From the NCBI GenBank assembly GCA_963734495.1, contig CAVTHK010000011.1, positions 1 to 64,000 of the forward strand: DNA of 64,000 nt, given 5' to 3'. Source of the stretch: an uncultured Spirochaetota bacterium. GTDB taxonomy: Bacteria; Spirochaetota; Spirochaetia; SZUA-6; CAVTHK01. Under the pieces are notes generated by a model that saw nothing but the letters and a program-made list of their open reading frames with translations, ran no database searches and was not told the DNA's origin. Shown here in pieces: positions 1 to 8,962 of the stretch (the stretch's first letter is position 1; each line of letters opens with the position of its first letter). The translations under genes were made by a program, and so were the position numbers.

Positions 1-110
1 ACATAGAGTTGAGTAGCGCCGCCGAGTAGCTACCTGGTCCACAGTCTACACCAGCCAAGGCGACCGTGAAAGGCGAGATTTGAGGCGTCTACTCCAACGA
101 TTTGTTATAG
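1..110 (-). mobile_element. attC: attC site of integron cassette 2 (truncated at window edge)
   Basis: On the minus strand R'' CTATAAC (104-110), then GTTGGAGTAGACGCC ... GGCGCTACTCAAC and the start of R' GT at 2-1. Bases 1-29 and 81-108 are identical to 975-1003 and 1055-1082 of the other attC, with the same spacing. Confidence 0.92.
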
Positions 111-151
111 AGCCCCCGATGGCTCTTTGGCCTAAGCGCGAGCAGCATAAG

Positions 152-886
152 TCATCCTCCGACCGCTCCTTCGGCCTTCGGCGTAGCCGGTAGACGCCTT
201 ACTACACCGCGATCTTGGAGGTATTTCATAAGTCTGGGGTCCATGCGGAATTGCCCACCGGCTATCTGATGTCCGACTATTGAGTTCGCGATCCTTACAG
301 CCGCGCCGTAGGCCTTCTTGGCGTCACGTTGTACGTTGGAAGCGTCAGAGGAGTACAGATGTAGGTAGGGGCGGCGGGCGGTGCGGATGGGATCGAAATC
401 GCGCTTCTGGTCGTCGGAAACCGCCCCAAGGGCGCGGAGTATGTCCGTCCGCTTGTCTGGCCCAACCGTTCAAACTCGGACCCGAAGAGAAGTCTTTGCC
501 GGGTCGGGTCAAGAGGACGGCCGGCGAGCGAAACGTCTGTGATCTGGTAGAGGAGAACGGCAAGCATCTCTGGGACGGATCCTACCAGCGCGATGGTGCC
601 GAGGAAATTGCCCAGCACGTAGGACGCTCGAGCTTGTCGAAGCGGATAGACGATTCTATTCAGGATGTTCGCCTCGGCCGGCGCGGCACTCAAGGCAGCG
701 CTCTCCTCCTGCAGTTCCATATAGCGCTTCTTGAACGATTGTTGGTCATGCGATGCGCCAGGCCACGCGAGAAAACCCAGGAGGGAATCGGTGGGCACCT
801 CTTCCGTTTCTGCAGCCAACTCCACCTGAAACCAACGCAATGGGTTCAGCGTGGCATCGTAACGTAGGTGGCTCGTTGTCGCTCAC
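152..886 (-). CDS. Cassette 2 gene, probable HEPN/DUF4145-like protein (apparent frameshifts near 860 and 455)
   Basis: ORF 295-840 has LRQARASYVLGNFLGTIALVGSVPE. Shifting frame at ~455 continues DKRTDILRALGAVSDDQKRDFDPIRTARRPYLH...KYLQDRG to TGA at 152-154, filling the cassette up to attC. Probable start is GTG at ~886. Confidence 0.55.
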
Positions 887-969
887 GATAGCGGCTTCCC
901 TTGTAGGCGAGACGTTGACAGGAAGACGGAAAGCAACCGGTCGAGGTCTTGTCCGCGGATTTCTGGGCT

Positions 970-1084
970 CTATAACATAGAGTTGAGTAGCGCCGCCGAG
1001 TAGTTCCCTCGTCCACAGTATAGTCGAGCCTCGCTGCCCGTGCCAGCCAGCCCCTGAGGCGTCTACTCCAACGATTTGTTATGA
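970..1084 (-). mobile_element. attC: attC site of integron cassette 1
   Basis: R'' TCATAAC (1078-1084) and R' GTTATAG (970-976). Arms 982-994 and 1058-1072 pair with two extrahelical bases (T1062, C1068 on the + strand), and 5-nt spacers separate the R and L boxes. Confidence 0.95.
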
Positions 1085-1088
1085 CGCC

Positions 1089-1325
1089 TCAGATACGATC
1101 GTCAGCCTCCGGTTGTCGATCGGGCACTTTCCTGAGCGCCTTCTGAAACTTGCTCTTGCTCGCCCGAGAGGCTCTCGTGCCGAGGTAGTCCTCCGTCTCG
1201 AGCGCAGACAGCTTCTCCGCCACGGCGAGGGTCACCATTTGGTTGATCGAAACCTTATCGCGTTGAGCCAGCTGCCTGATACGCTTGTGCAGAGAATCCG
1301 GAAGCCGGATACTGATGGCACTCAT
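1089..1325 (-). CDS. Ribbon-helix-helix (HicB-family-like) antitoxin
   Basis: 78 aa with RHH pattern ISIRLPDSLHKRIRQLAQRDKVSINQMV; lies 2 nt after the PIN gene and has a GGGGAG RBS. Confidence 0.85.
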   Translation of the reverse strand: MSAISIRLPDSLHKRIRQLAQRDKVSINQMVTLAVAEKLSALETEDYLGTRASRASKSKFQKALRKVPDRQPEADDRI

Positions 1326-1327
1326 AC

Positions 1328-1747
1328 CTACTCCCCAATCTCACGCAGAAACTCTCGCGGCGTGAGTACGCGCAAACCCAATTGATCGGCTCCAACGAAG
1401 TCTTTGGTGTTGTGTGTGACTATCACCGTGGAGCCCGAGGCGACAGCGAGCTCCAGTACCATATCGTCCTTTGGGTCCTTCAGAAATGGCCTCCAGAGGT
1501 AGTAGATCTTGTGGTGCGAGGCCACGCGGCAAATGTAGTCGATTACCGCCTCGACATCGGAGGCAGCCAGACCACTTGGGTGCACTAGCCTCTTGGCTGC
1601 GGCCTCATACTCCAAGACCAAGGGCACGGACACAGCCGTTTCGAACCTGCCAGTGTCGATTAGCTTGAGCACACGAAACGAGGCCCCGTTCCGCGACCGA
1701 AGAGCGGACACAAGGACACTGGTGTCCACCACAACCCTCGGCACCAT
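1328..1747 (-). CDS. PIN-domain (VapC-like) toxin
   Basis: 139 aa with PIN acidic motifs VVDTSVL, LEYE, DPKDDMVLELA, VTHNTKDF. Confidence 0.9.
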   Translation of the reverse strand: MVPRVVVDTSVLVSALRSRNGASFRVLKLIDTGRFETAVSVPLVLEYEAAAKRLVHPSGLAASDVEAVIDYICRVASHHKIYYLWRPFLKDPKDDMVLELAVASGSTVIVTHNTKDFVGADQLGLRVLTPREFLREIGE

Positions 1748-1748
1748 G

Positions 1749-1781
1749 TGGTATCATATACAATACCATCGCATTCGTCAA
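1749..1781 (-). promoter_or_regulatory. Sigma70 promoter and operator of the TA cassette
   Basis: TTGACG (1781-1776)-N17-TATGAT (1758-1753). Inverted repeat TGGTAT-N8-ATACCA (1749-1768) overlaps the -10 box. The ATG is 5 nt after the -10. Confidence 0.8.
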
Positions 1782-1972
1782 CACTTGTGACCTGCACCAC
1801 GTGCGGCCCCCGGAGCAGCTGTCGCAAGCAGTCCTTTGCGGTCGGCGAGGCTCTCGACAGGCACGCCCGAATCCCCATTCGCTACCCGCAACAACGACCG
1901 AATCAGAACTAATCCCGCAGAGCCGCACCCGGACAAGTGCGAACCTTCGCAACCAAGACCGTCCACGCTCAA

Positions 1973-2010
1973 GGCGTCATAACATCATATTCTACGGTTT
2001 TGACGGGAGC
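1973..2010 (-). mobile_element. attI: attI site (crossover G|TT at 1983/1982)
   Basis: Minus-strand GTTATGACGCC (1983-1973) is the exact complement of GGCGTCATAAC at the R'' end of cassette 1 (1088-1078). It lies 135 bp upstream of intI and has no attC hairpin of its own. Confidence 0.85.
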
Positions 2011-2117
2011 AACAAACAACGCTTGACCGCGGAAATCGTAGGTTCGGAGAGAGGCAGCATAACCCGGACACGCGTTGTGTTGGGTGGTGGCGGTGCTATC
2101 CACGTGCAGGAGCGGTT

Positions 2118-3437
2118 ATGGCGGCGTACAGCGACTTTCTGCGTGAAACAGCTCACGTCCCGGCCAACCGGGTGCCCCACTACGTCCGATGGGTCGAGAC
2201 GTACCGTACGTGGTTGCGCGCCGAGGCTACGATGGCGGACCCTGCGGGCGCGCCCGGCCCCGAGGTGACGGTCGCCCGGTTCCTCGCTTTCCTTGCTGGA
2301 AGACACGAGGAATGGCAGATCGACCAGGCGCGATCCGCTGTGCGGCTCTACCACTACTACAGCGGCCGTCGGCAAGAGGATTCGGTCGTCCCCGTTGGCG
2401 TTGAGGCACGGGCTTCGAACGACGCCCCGGTGGTCGCGGCATCACGTCGGGCCTTCGCCGAGGGGTGGGACTCGCTCGACCGAGAGTTGACGCGCGTCTG
2501 CAGACTCAAGCATCTGTCCTACAGGACGGAAAAGACCTACCTGGCCTGGATCGCACGCTTCGGGCGGTTCAAGCGATACACGCCGCCGGCATCACTGAGC
2601 GACCAGGACCTTAGGAGCTTCCTCTCCCATCTGGCTGTCGAGGGGAGCGTCGCGGCGTCGACTCAGCGACAAGCTTTCAATGCCCTCCTGTTCCTGTACA
2701 GGCACATACTTGACGTGCCGATCGAAGGGCTGCAATCGGTCGTTCCTTCTCGGGTACCGAGGCGGCTGCCGGTGGTCCTATCCCGGGACGAAGTGCGCCG
2801 AGTCCTCTCGCACCTGAACGGGGTGCACGGACTGCTGGCCGCGCTTATCTATGGCGGAGGTCTCCGCCTGCGCGAAGCCCTCGAGTTGCGCGTCAAAGAT
2901 ATCGACTTCTCGAGAAGTTGCCTGTCGATCCGCGCAGGCAAGGGAGATAAGGATCGGGAGACGGTGCTGCCGCGTGAGCTTTGCGAGCCGCTGCACCGCC
3001 AGCTGGATCAGGCGCGACTGCTCTACGAGCACGACCGCAGGTATGGGGTCGCGGGGGTAGCGCTACCCTCGGCCTTGGAACGCAAGTATCCGGATGCGGC
3101 AACTGACTGGAAGTGGTTCTGGGTCTTCCCGTCCCGCAAGCTCTCGGCAGACCCGCGTGCGCAGCTCGTGCGCCGGTACCATCTTTACCCCACTACGCTT
3201 CAAAAAGCATTTCGGGAAGCGACCGCTGCATCAGGCGTCACCAAGCAAGCCACCATTCACACGCTCCGGCACAGCTTTGCCACCCACCTGGTGGAGAAGG
3301 GTTACGATATCCGGACTATCCAGGAACTACTCGGTCACTCGGACGTCTCGACCACGATGATCTACACGCATGTGGCTAAGACGAACAAGCTGGGCGTGCA
3401 GAGCCCTTTCGACAGTCTGAAGGAAGGTGCCCCGTGA
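2118..3437 (+). CDS. intI: Integron integrase (long form with N-terminal extension)
   Basis: Tyrosine-recombinase motifs GLRLRE, GKGDKDR, HTLRHSFATHL, LGH, TMIY, plus the integron-specific insert ALPSALERKYPDAATDWKWFWVFPS; adjacent to attI/attC. Confidence 0.96.
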   Translation: MAAYSDFLRETAHVPANRVPHYVRWVETYRTWLRAEATMADPAGAPGPEVTVARFLAFLAGRHEEWQIDQARSAVRLYHYYSGRRQEDSVVPVGVEARASNDAPVVAASRRAFAEGWDSLDRELTRVCRLKHLSYRTEKTYLAWIARFGRFKRYTPPASLSDQDLRSFLSHLAVEGSVAASTQRQAFNALLFLYRHILDVPIEGLQSVVPSRVPRRLPVVLSRDEVRRVLSHLNGVHGLLAALIYGGGLRLREALELRVKDIDFSRSCLSIRAGKGDKDRETVLPRELCEPLHRQLDQARLLYEHDRRYGVAGVALPSALERKYPDAATDWKWFWVFPSRKLSADPRAQLVRRYHLYPTTLQKAFREATAASGVTKQATIHTLRHSFATHLVEKGYDIRTIQELLGHSDVSTTMIYTHVAKTNKLGVQSPFDSLKEGAP

Positions 3438-3540
3438 CTTGGGGTGTGCGCCGGACGCCAGGACGCGCGCCGGCGGCCGGCTGCCATGCGGCGGCCGATC
3501 TCGCAGCGCCCCAGTTGCGGCGCGGCTCAGGTGCGCCTCG

Positions 3541-3569
3541 TTGGCGCGATCCCGCTTCGTGAGTAAGAT
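3541..3569 (+). promoter_or_regulatory. Candidate sigma70 promoter (leaderless)
   Basis: TTGGCG-N17-TAAGAT, 6 nt before GTG 3576; no SD. Confidence 0.5.
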
Positions 3570-3575
3570 CTCCGC

Positions 3576-4553
3576 GTGGTCACCCCGAACCCGCGCATCC
3601 TGATCACGACGTCCGCCAACTTTCCGTGCGCCGCGCGGCCACCTCGAGCGAGTGCGCGCGGCCGCGCCCGGCTGCCGAGCTGCGCCTGCGCGACCGCAAC
3701 GCGGTCACGGCCGATGACATGGCGTGGGCCGAGGTGGTGTTCGGCTGGCCGCCCAGGGAGCACCTGCCCCTCGCGAAGGACCTGCGCTGGGTGCAGCTGC
3801 CGAGCGCCGGCGCCGACCGCTACGCCGACCGCTCGCTCTTTCCGCACCCGGACTTCGTGCTGACGAACTCGCGCGGCGTCTTCGGCCAGCCGATCGCGGA
3901 GCACGTCCTCGCGCTCATGCTCGCCTGGAGCCGCAACCTGCACGTGTACGGCCGGCAGCAGGAGCGGCGCGAGTGGAAGCGCATCCAGGAGACGCGCGAC
4001 TTTGCCGGGCTCCACGGTCGGCGTGATCGGGCTCGGCAGCATCGGCACCGAGGTGGCGCGCCGCGCGGCGGCGCTCGGCGCGACCGTGCTCGCGGTGAGG
4101 CGGCGCCCCGCGGCGCGCCCGCCCTTCGTGGCGGAGCTCGCGGGCGAGGACGGCATCGACGGCGTGCTGGCGCGCTCGGACTACGTCGTGCTCGCCCTGC
4201 CTGCGACGCATCGAGGACGCAGCAGGTGCTGTCGGCTGCGAGGATCGCGCGCCTCAAGCCGGGCGCCTTCGTCGTGAACATCGGCCGCGGCGCCCTCATC
4301 GACCAGGACGCGCTGGCCGCGGCGCTCGCCCGACGGAAGGCTCGGCGGCGCGGGCCTCGACGTGGCCACGCCCGAGCCGCTGCCGCCCGAAAGCCCGCTG
4401 TGGAGGCTGCCCAACGTGATCATCACGCCCCACGCGTCGGGCGCCTCGCCCACCAACGACGACCGGCGCTTCGAGATCTTCACGGCGAACCTGCGCCGCT
4501 TCGTCGCGGGCGAGAAGCTCGAGAACGTCGTGGACTTCGAGGAGGGGTACTGA
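3576..4553 (+). CDS. D-2-hydroxyacid dehydrogenase (several frameshifts)
   Basis: Fragments in different frames: LRWVQLPSAGAD, VLTNSRGVFGQPIAEH, TVGVIGLGSIG, VVNIGRGALID, PEPLPPESPLWRLPNVIITPHASG. Confidence 0.85.
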
Positions 4554-4585
4554 GCAGGCCCGCGGGGCTCCGCTCGATGCCGGCC

Positions 4586-5750
4586 ATGCGCATCGCGATC
4601 GTCACCGACACCTACCTTCCCCAGATCAACGGCGTCGTCACCGCCGAGCAGCTCCTGCGGCGCGAGCTCGAGCGGCTCGGGCACGAGGTGTTCGTGATCG
4701 CGCCGTCGTACGGCGGCGAGGAGACGCCCGAGCCGAACGTGTACCGCGTCTGGTCTGCGCCGTTTCCCACGCGCGACACCCGCGAGAACCGCCTGAGCCT
4801 CGCGCTGCCGGTGGGGCCGCGCTTCGACTGGGAGCGGCAGCGCGTGGATCTCATCCACAGCCAGGTCGAGGCGACCATGGGAAGCCACGCCCTCTACTGG
4901 GCCGCCGAGCACCGCGTTCCTCACGTGCACACCTACCACACGCTCTGGTCGAAGTACGTGCACTACGCCGGCGTCGCGGCGCCCCTGTTCGCGCGCTGGG
5001 TGCACTGGCGCACGCACTCGTTCTGCAACGCCTGCCAGCGCGTGATCGCGCCTTCGGCCGCGCTGCGGGACCACATCGTGCGCCGCCGGCGTGCGGGTGC
5101 CGGTGGAGGTGATTCCCACGGGAACGGACTGCAGGCGCCCGGCACGAGGCGCGGCCCCGCGCAGCCGTGGCCGCGGAGCTCGGCATCCCCGCGGGCCGGC
5201 GCGTGCTCGGCTTTGTCGGCAGGATGGCGGCGGAGAAGAACATGAGCTTCCTGCTCGACGCGCTGCGGCTTCTGCTCGCCCGCGGCGTGGACGCGCACCT
5301 CGTGCTTGTCGGCGACGGGCCGGGCCGGCCCGCCCTCGAGGCCGCCGTCGACGAGCTGCAGGCCTGCGCGGCCGCGTGAGCTTTACCGGCTACGTGGCGC
5401 GCGAGCGCACCTGGGACTACTACGGCCTGAGCGAGGTCTTCGTGTTTTCTTCGCTCACCGAGACGCAGGGCATCGTGCTGCTGGAGGCGATGAGCGCGGG
5501 CGTGCCGGTCGTGGCGCTCTCGGCGATGGGCGTGGCGGAGTTGATGGCCGACGGCCGCGGCGGGCTCACTGCCTGCCCCGGCGACCTCGACGGCTTCGTC
5601 GCCGCGGTGCAGCGCCTGCTCACGGACCGCGCGCTGCACGAGGCCAAGGCGCGAGAGGGCCGGCTCAAGGCTGCCGAGTGGTCGATCGAGGCGACCACGC
5701 AGCGCGTGCTCGCCTGCTACGAGCGCGCGATCGCGGACTACCGCGGGTAG
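4586..5750 (+). CDS. GT4 glycosyltransferase (frameshifted)
   Basis: MRIAIVTDTYLPQINGV, HTYHT, FVGRMAAEKN, VFVFSSLTETQGIVLLEAMSAGVPVV, spread across three frames. Confidence 0.88.
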
Positions 5751-5792
5751 GGCCGGCCATCAATCGGGCCGCCGGGCTCGGCGAGCCTGTCC

Positions 5793-7175
5793 TCACGGGG
5801 CTGCCGCTTCCGCGAGGAACCGCGTGATGGCCTCGATCCCCTTTCTCCACGTGGGAAGGTGAAGGCGTTCGTTCGGCCCGTGTATGTTGCCGTCCGGCAG
5901 CCCGAACCCGGTGAGCAGGGTGGCCACTCCCATCTCTTCGTCCAGCATCGATACGGCGCCGATGCTGCCTCCCATGCGGGCGAAGACGGCGGGTGCGCCC
6001 CACGCCGCCTCGAGAGCGCGCCGCAGCGCCTGAACGCGCGGCCCCCGGCGGTCGAAGAGCGACGCGCGCACGCCTCCGATGTACCCGACTTCCCACCTGA
6101 TGTCCGCGGGCGCGTGCGCCTCGAGATACCGCAGCATCGACTGGTGGCACTCCTCGGGGTCCTGGTCGGGCACCAGCCGCATCAGAAAGGCGGCCCGCGC
6201 CCGTGCCGGCACGATCGACATTCCATCGCCGCCGGTCACGCCCGCTTCGATGGAGACGAGCTCCGCCGTGGGGCGCACCGTGGTGCGCTCGTAGGGCGTG
6301 AACTCCGGCTCGCCCCAGAGTGCAGGCGCTCCCGTCGCCTCGAGGAAATCGCGTTCGTCTCTCGGCAGGCGCGCCAGCTCTTCGTGCTCTCCGGGCTCCA
6401 TCGGGCGCACGCGGTCGTAGAAGCCGGGAAGCGTGACGCGGCCGTTCTCGTCGTGCATCCCGGCAATCAGCTCGCACAGCGCCTGCGCGGGATTGTGCAG
6501 CGCGCCGCCGTAATGGCCCGAGTGCACGTCGGTCCGCGGGCCGAAAACAGTGAGGTCCATGCGGGAGTTTCCGCGAAGCGCGTACTTGATCTCGGGCTGC
6601 CCGGGCGACGACATGCTCGAGTCGGTGTTCAAGCAGTAGTCGCACGCCAGGCGCTCACGCTGTTCCCGGATGAGCTCCCGCAGGTTGCGCGAGCCGATCT
6701 CCTCCGAGCCCTCGATCAGGAACTTGACGTTCAGGCCGAGCCCTCTGTTCGCCGCAAGGTGCGCTTCGACCGCTGCTACCGAAGCCATCGTCTGGCCCTT
6801 GTTGTCCGAAGCGCCGCGGCCGTAGAGGTGCTCGCCCCGCCGCTGGGGCTCGAACGGTGGCGACTCCCACAGCGACGGATCGAGGGCCGGCTGCACGTCG
6901 TAGTGCCCGTAGACCAGCACGGTCGGCCGCCCCGGCCCGGCGCCCAGCCAGTCCCCGTAGACGACCGGATGTCCGGCTGTGGGCAGGATCGCGACGTTCT
7001 GCAGGCCGGCGCGGCGCAGCCGATCGGCGCCCCACTCGGCCGCTCGCCGGACATCGGCCTTGTGCGCGGGCAACGACGAAACCGAAGGGATGCCGCACCA
7101 CGCCGCGAGCTCGTCGAGGAAGCGCGCGTCGTGTTCCTTCACATAGGCCAGCGCCCTCTCCAGAGATGCTGCCAC
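5793..7175 (-). CDS. M20 family dipeptidase/amidohydrolase
   Basis: YGHYDVQP, YGRGASDNKGQ, EGSEEIGS, DVHSGHYGG, NIHGPNE; GGAGG before GTG 7175. Confidence 0.92.
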   Translation of the reverse strand: MAASLERALAYVKEHDARFLDELAAWCGIPSVSSLPAHKADVRRAAEWGADRLRRAGLQNVAILPTAGHPVVYGDWLGAGPGRPTVLVYGHYDVQPALDPSLWESPPFEPQRRGEHLYGRGASDNKGQTMASVAAVEAHLAANRGLGLNVKFLIEGSEEIGSRNLRELIREQRERLACDYCLNTDSSMSSPGQPEIKYALRGNSRMDLTVFGPRTDVHSGHYGGALHNPAQALCELIAGMHDENGRVTLPGFYDRVRPMEPGEHEELARLPRDERDFLEATGAPALWGEPEFTPYERTTVRPTAELVSIEAGVTGGDGMSIVPARARAAFLMRLVPDQDPEECHQSMLRYLEAHAPADIRWEVGYIGGVRASLFDRRGPRVQALRRALEAAWGAPAVFARMGGSIGAVSMLDEEMGVATLLTGFGLPDGNIHGPNERLHLPTWRKGIEAITRFLAEAAAP

Positions 7176-7398
7176 CGCCTGCCTCCCGTGTGCGTCGATG
7201 GATGAGCTCCCACCACAGTAACCCCGCAATACCCGGCTCTTCCAGCCCAGGGAGATGGGGTGCTTCGCCCTTTCCTGCCCGCGCCCGGGCTCGTCAGCCG
7301 ACAATCGCCTCGTAGGCTTCTACATGCATGCTGCCCTCGACCCGCCATCCCTTGTTCGCGTCCTCGGCCGTCCAGGAAATGGCGCTCGCCGCTACTCT

Positions 7399-8028
7399 CT
7401 ACTGCAGCCAGCGGTTGGAGGCGAGCTCGGCGGCGATGGTCGTGGGCGGCCCGTGCCCCGGGAAGACCCTCGTGGCGCCGGGGAGCGGCGCGAGCTTCGT
7501 GCGGATGCTCGCGAGCAGCGTCTCGTGGTCCTGCCCCGGAAAGTCGGTGCGCCCGATGCTGCCTGCAAAGAGGACGTCGCCGTCGAAGAGGGCACCCGAC
7601 CCTGCCTCGTGGAAACAGACGTGGCCGGGCGAGTGCCCCGGAGTCCAGAGCACGTCGAAGGCGTGGCTGCCAAACGCGACGCGGCTGCCTTCTCCCAATA
7701 TCAATTCCGGCTCAGGAAGTTGAGGGAGCTTCATCCCGAAGAGTGCCGTGCCGCCCCCGCCGCGGTAGAGGTCGAGGTCTGCGCGGTGCAGGCCGAGAGG
7801 CGCCCCGGTGGCAGTCACGACTTCGGCCGCGGCCATCATGTGGTCGAAGTGGGCGTGCGTTATGAGCACCGCGCGGATGACGAGCGCCTCTTTCCGCACA
7901 ACAGCGAGTATGCGGTCGGCCTCGTCGGCCGGGTCGATGACGACGCCTTCGCGCCGCTCGGGACAGCCCACGACGTAGCAGTTGGTCTCCACCGGACCGA
8001 GGCAGAGCGCGCGGATGAGGAGCGGCAT
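7399..8028 (-). CDS. MBL-fold metallohydrolase (glyoxalase II/YcbL-like)
   Basis: THAHFDH, TPGHSPG, GDVLFAGSIGRTD, PGHG; ATG overlaps the SDR stop. Confidence 0.92.
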   Translation of the reverse strand: MPLLIRALCLGPVETNCYVVGCPERREGVVIDPADEADRILAVVRKEALVIRAVLITHAHFDHMMAAAEVVTATGAPLGLHRADLDLYRGGGGTALFGMKLPQLPEPELILGEGSRVAFGSHAFDVLWTPGHSPGHVCFHEAGSGALFDGDVLFAGSIGRTDFPGQDHETLLASIRTKLAPLPGATRVFPGHGPPTTIAAELASNRWLQ

Positions 8029-8774
8029 CAGATCGAGCGGCCGCCGTCGACGACGATGTTGGTGCCCGTGACAAAGCCGGCCGAGACGACGAGCGCCAGC
8101 GCCACCTCGGCCACGTCCTCGGCCGTGGCGTTGCGCCCGAGGGGTGTGGTCTCGATGCTGCGGCGGACAAAGTCTTCCTGGGCCTCGACCCAGCGCGTCT
8201 CCACGACTCCGGGCGAGATGGCGTTGACGCGGATCTCGGGAGCGCACGCGCGGGCAAGCGCCTTGGTCAGCGTGACGAGCGCCCCCTTGGAGCTCGCGTA
8301 GGGGATGGAGCTGCCCTGGCCCGTCATGCCGGAGATCGAGGCGATGTTGACGATGGAGCCCGCGCCCTTCTGCTTCATGTGAGCCGCGGCCGCGCGGCAG
8401 CAGAAGAAGATTCCCTTGACGTTGACTGCGAAGATGCTCTCCCAGATCTCTTCGCTCACGTCCTCGAGCCGGTCATACGGGATAAAGAAGGTCCTCCCCG
8501 CGCTGTTGACCAGGATGTCGACGAGGCCGAGCTCGCTCTGCACCCGGTCGAACATGTCCTCGACCTGGCCGAGTTGCGAGACGTCGGCCTGGACCGCGAT
8601 GGCGCGGCCTCCGAGGTCCTCGATCTCCTCGACCGTCTCGAAGGCTTCCTCTTCGGAGCGCGAGTAGTTGACCGCCACGCGGGCGCCCTCGCGGGCCAGC
8701 GCGATGGCCGTGGCCCTCCCGATGCCGGTGCCGCCCCCGGTGACGACCGCGACCTTGCCGTCCAGCTTTCCCAT
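8028..8774 (-). CDS. SDR family oxidoreductase
   Basis: TGGGTGIG, NSAG, YASSK, VNAISPG, VDGG. Confidence 0.93.
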   Translation of the reverse strand: MGKLDGKVAVVTGGGTGIGRATAIALAREGARVAVNYSRSEEEAFETVEEIEDLGGRAIAVQADVSQLGQVEDMFDRVQSELGLVDILVNSAGRTFFIPYDRLEDVSEEIWESIFAVNVKGIFFCCRAAAAHMKQKGAGSIVNIASISGMTGQGSSIPYASSKGALVTLTKALARACAPEIRVNAISPGVVETRWVEAQEDFVRRSIETTPLGRNATAEDVAEVALALVVSAGFVTGTNIVVDGGRSI

Positions 8775-8841
8775 CGTGCGACTCCCGCGGCCCCGCCCCT
8801 CCCGCCGGGACAGCTTCAGGACAGAGGATTCTCGCGCCGCC

Positions 8842-8870
8842 ACTCTACACCACGTCGCGCGCGGGCGCAA
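8842..8870 (-). promoter_or_regulatory. Candidate sigma70 promoter for SDR-MBL operon
   Basis: TTGCGC-N17-TAGAGT on the minus strand. Confidence 0.45.
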
Positions 8871-8910
8871 AGCCCGCACGCGGCACCTCGCTGCAGCCTC
8901 GCGCCGGCCT

Positions 8911-8939
8911 TTGCCGCGGGCGGCCACTTCCGGTAGAAT
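8911..8939 (+). promoter_or_regulatory. Candidate sigma70 promoter for B3/4 gene
   Basis: TTGCCG-N17-TAGAAT followed by an AAGGAG RBS. Confidence 0.55.
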
Positions 8940-8962
8940 CGCCGCGCGGGAAAGGAGCGCGC

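Noticed and set aside
280..867. 195-aa plus-strand ORF in cassette 2
   Set aside because: Antisense shadow of the cassette gene, opposite to cassette orientation, with an Arg-rich non-protein-like composition.
1..1084. Repeats at 1-110 and 970-1084 as CRISPR repeats or IS ends
   Set aside because: They are ~970 bp apart, flank whole genes and show attC R/L box structure; no cas or transposase gene is present.
3626..5245. Apparent dehydrogenase-glycosyltransferase fusion
   Set aside because: The linker is out-of-frame text; the dehydrogenase ends at TGA 4553 and the GT4 has its own ATG.
7180..7395. ncRNA or small gene in the gap upstream of the M20 peptidase
   Set aside because: No recognisable RNA motif and no ORF with convincing RBS or composition.
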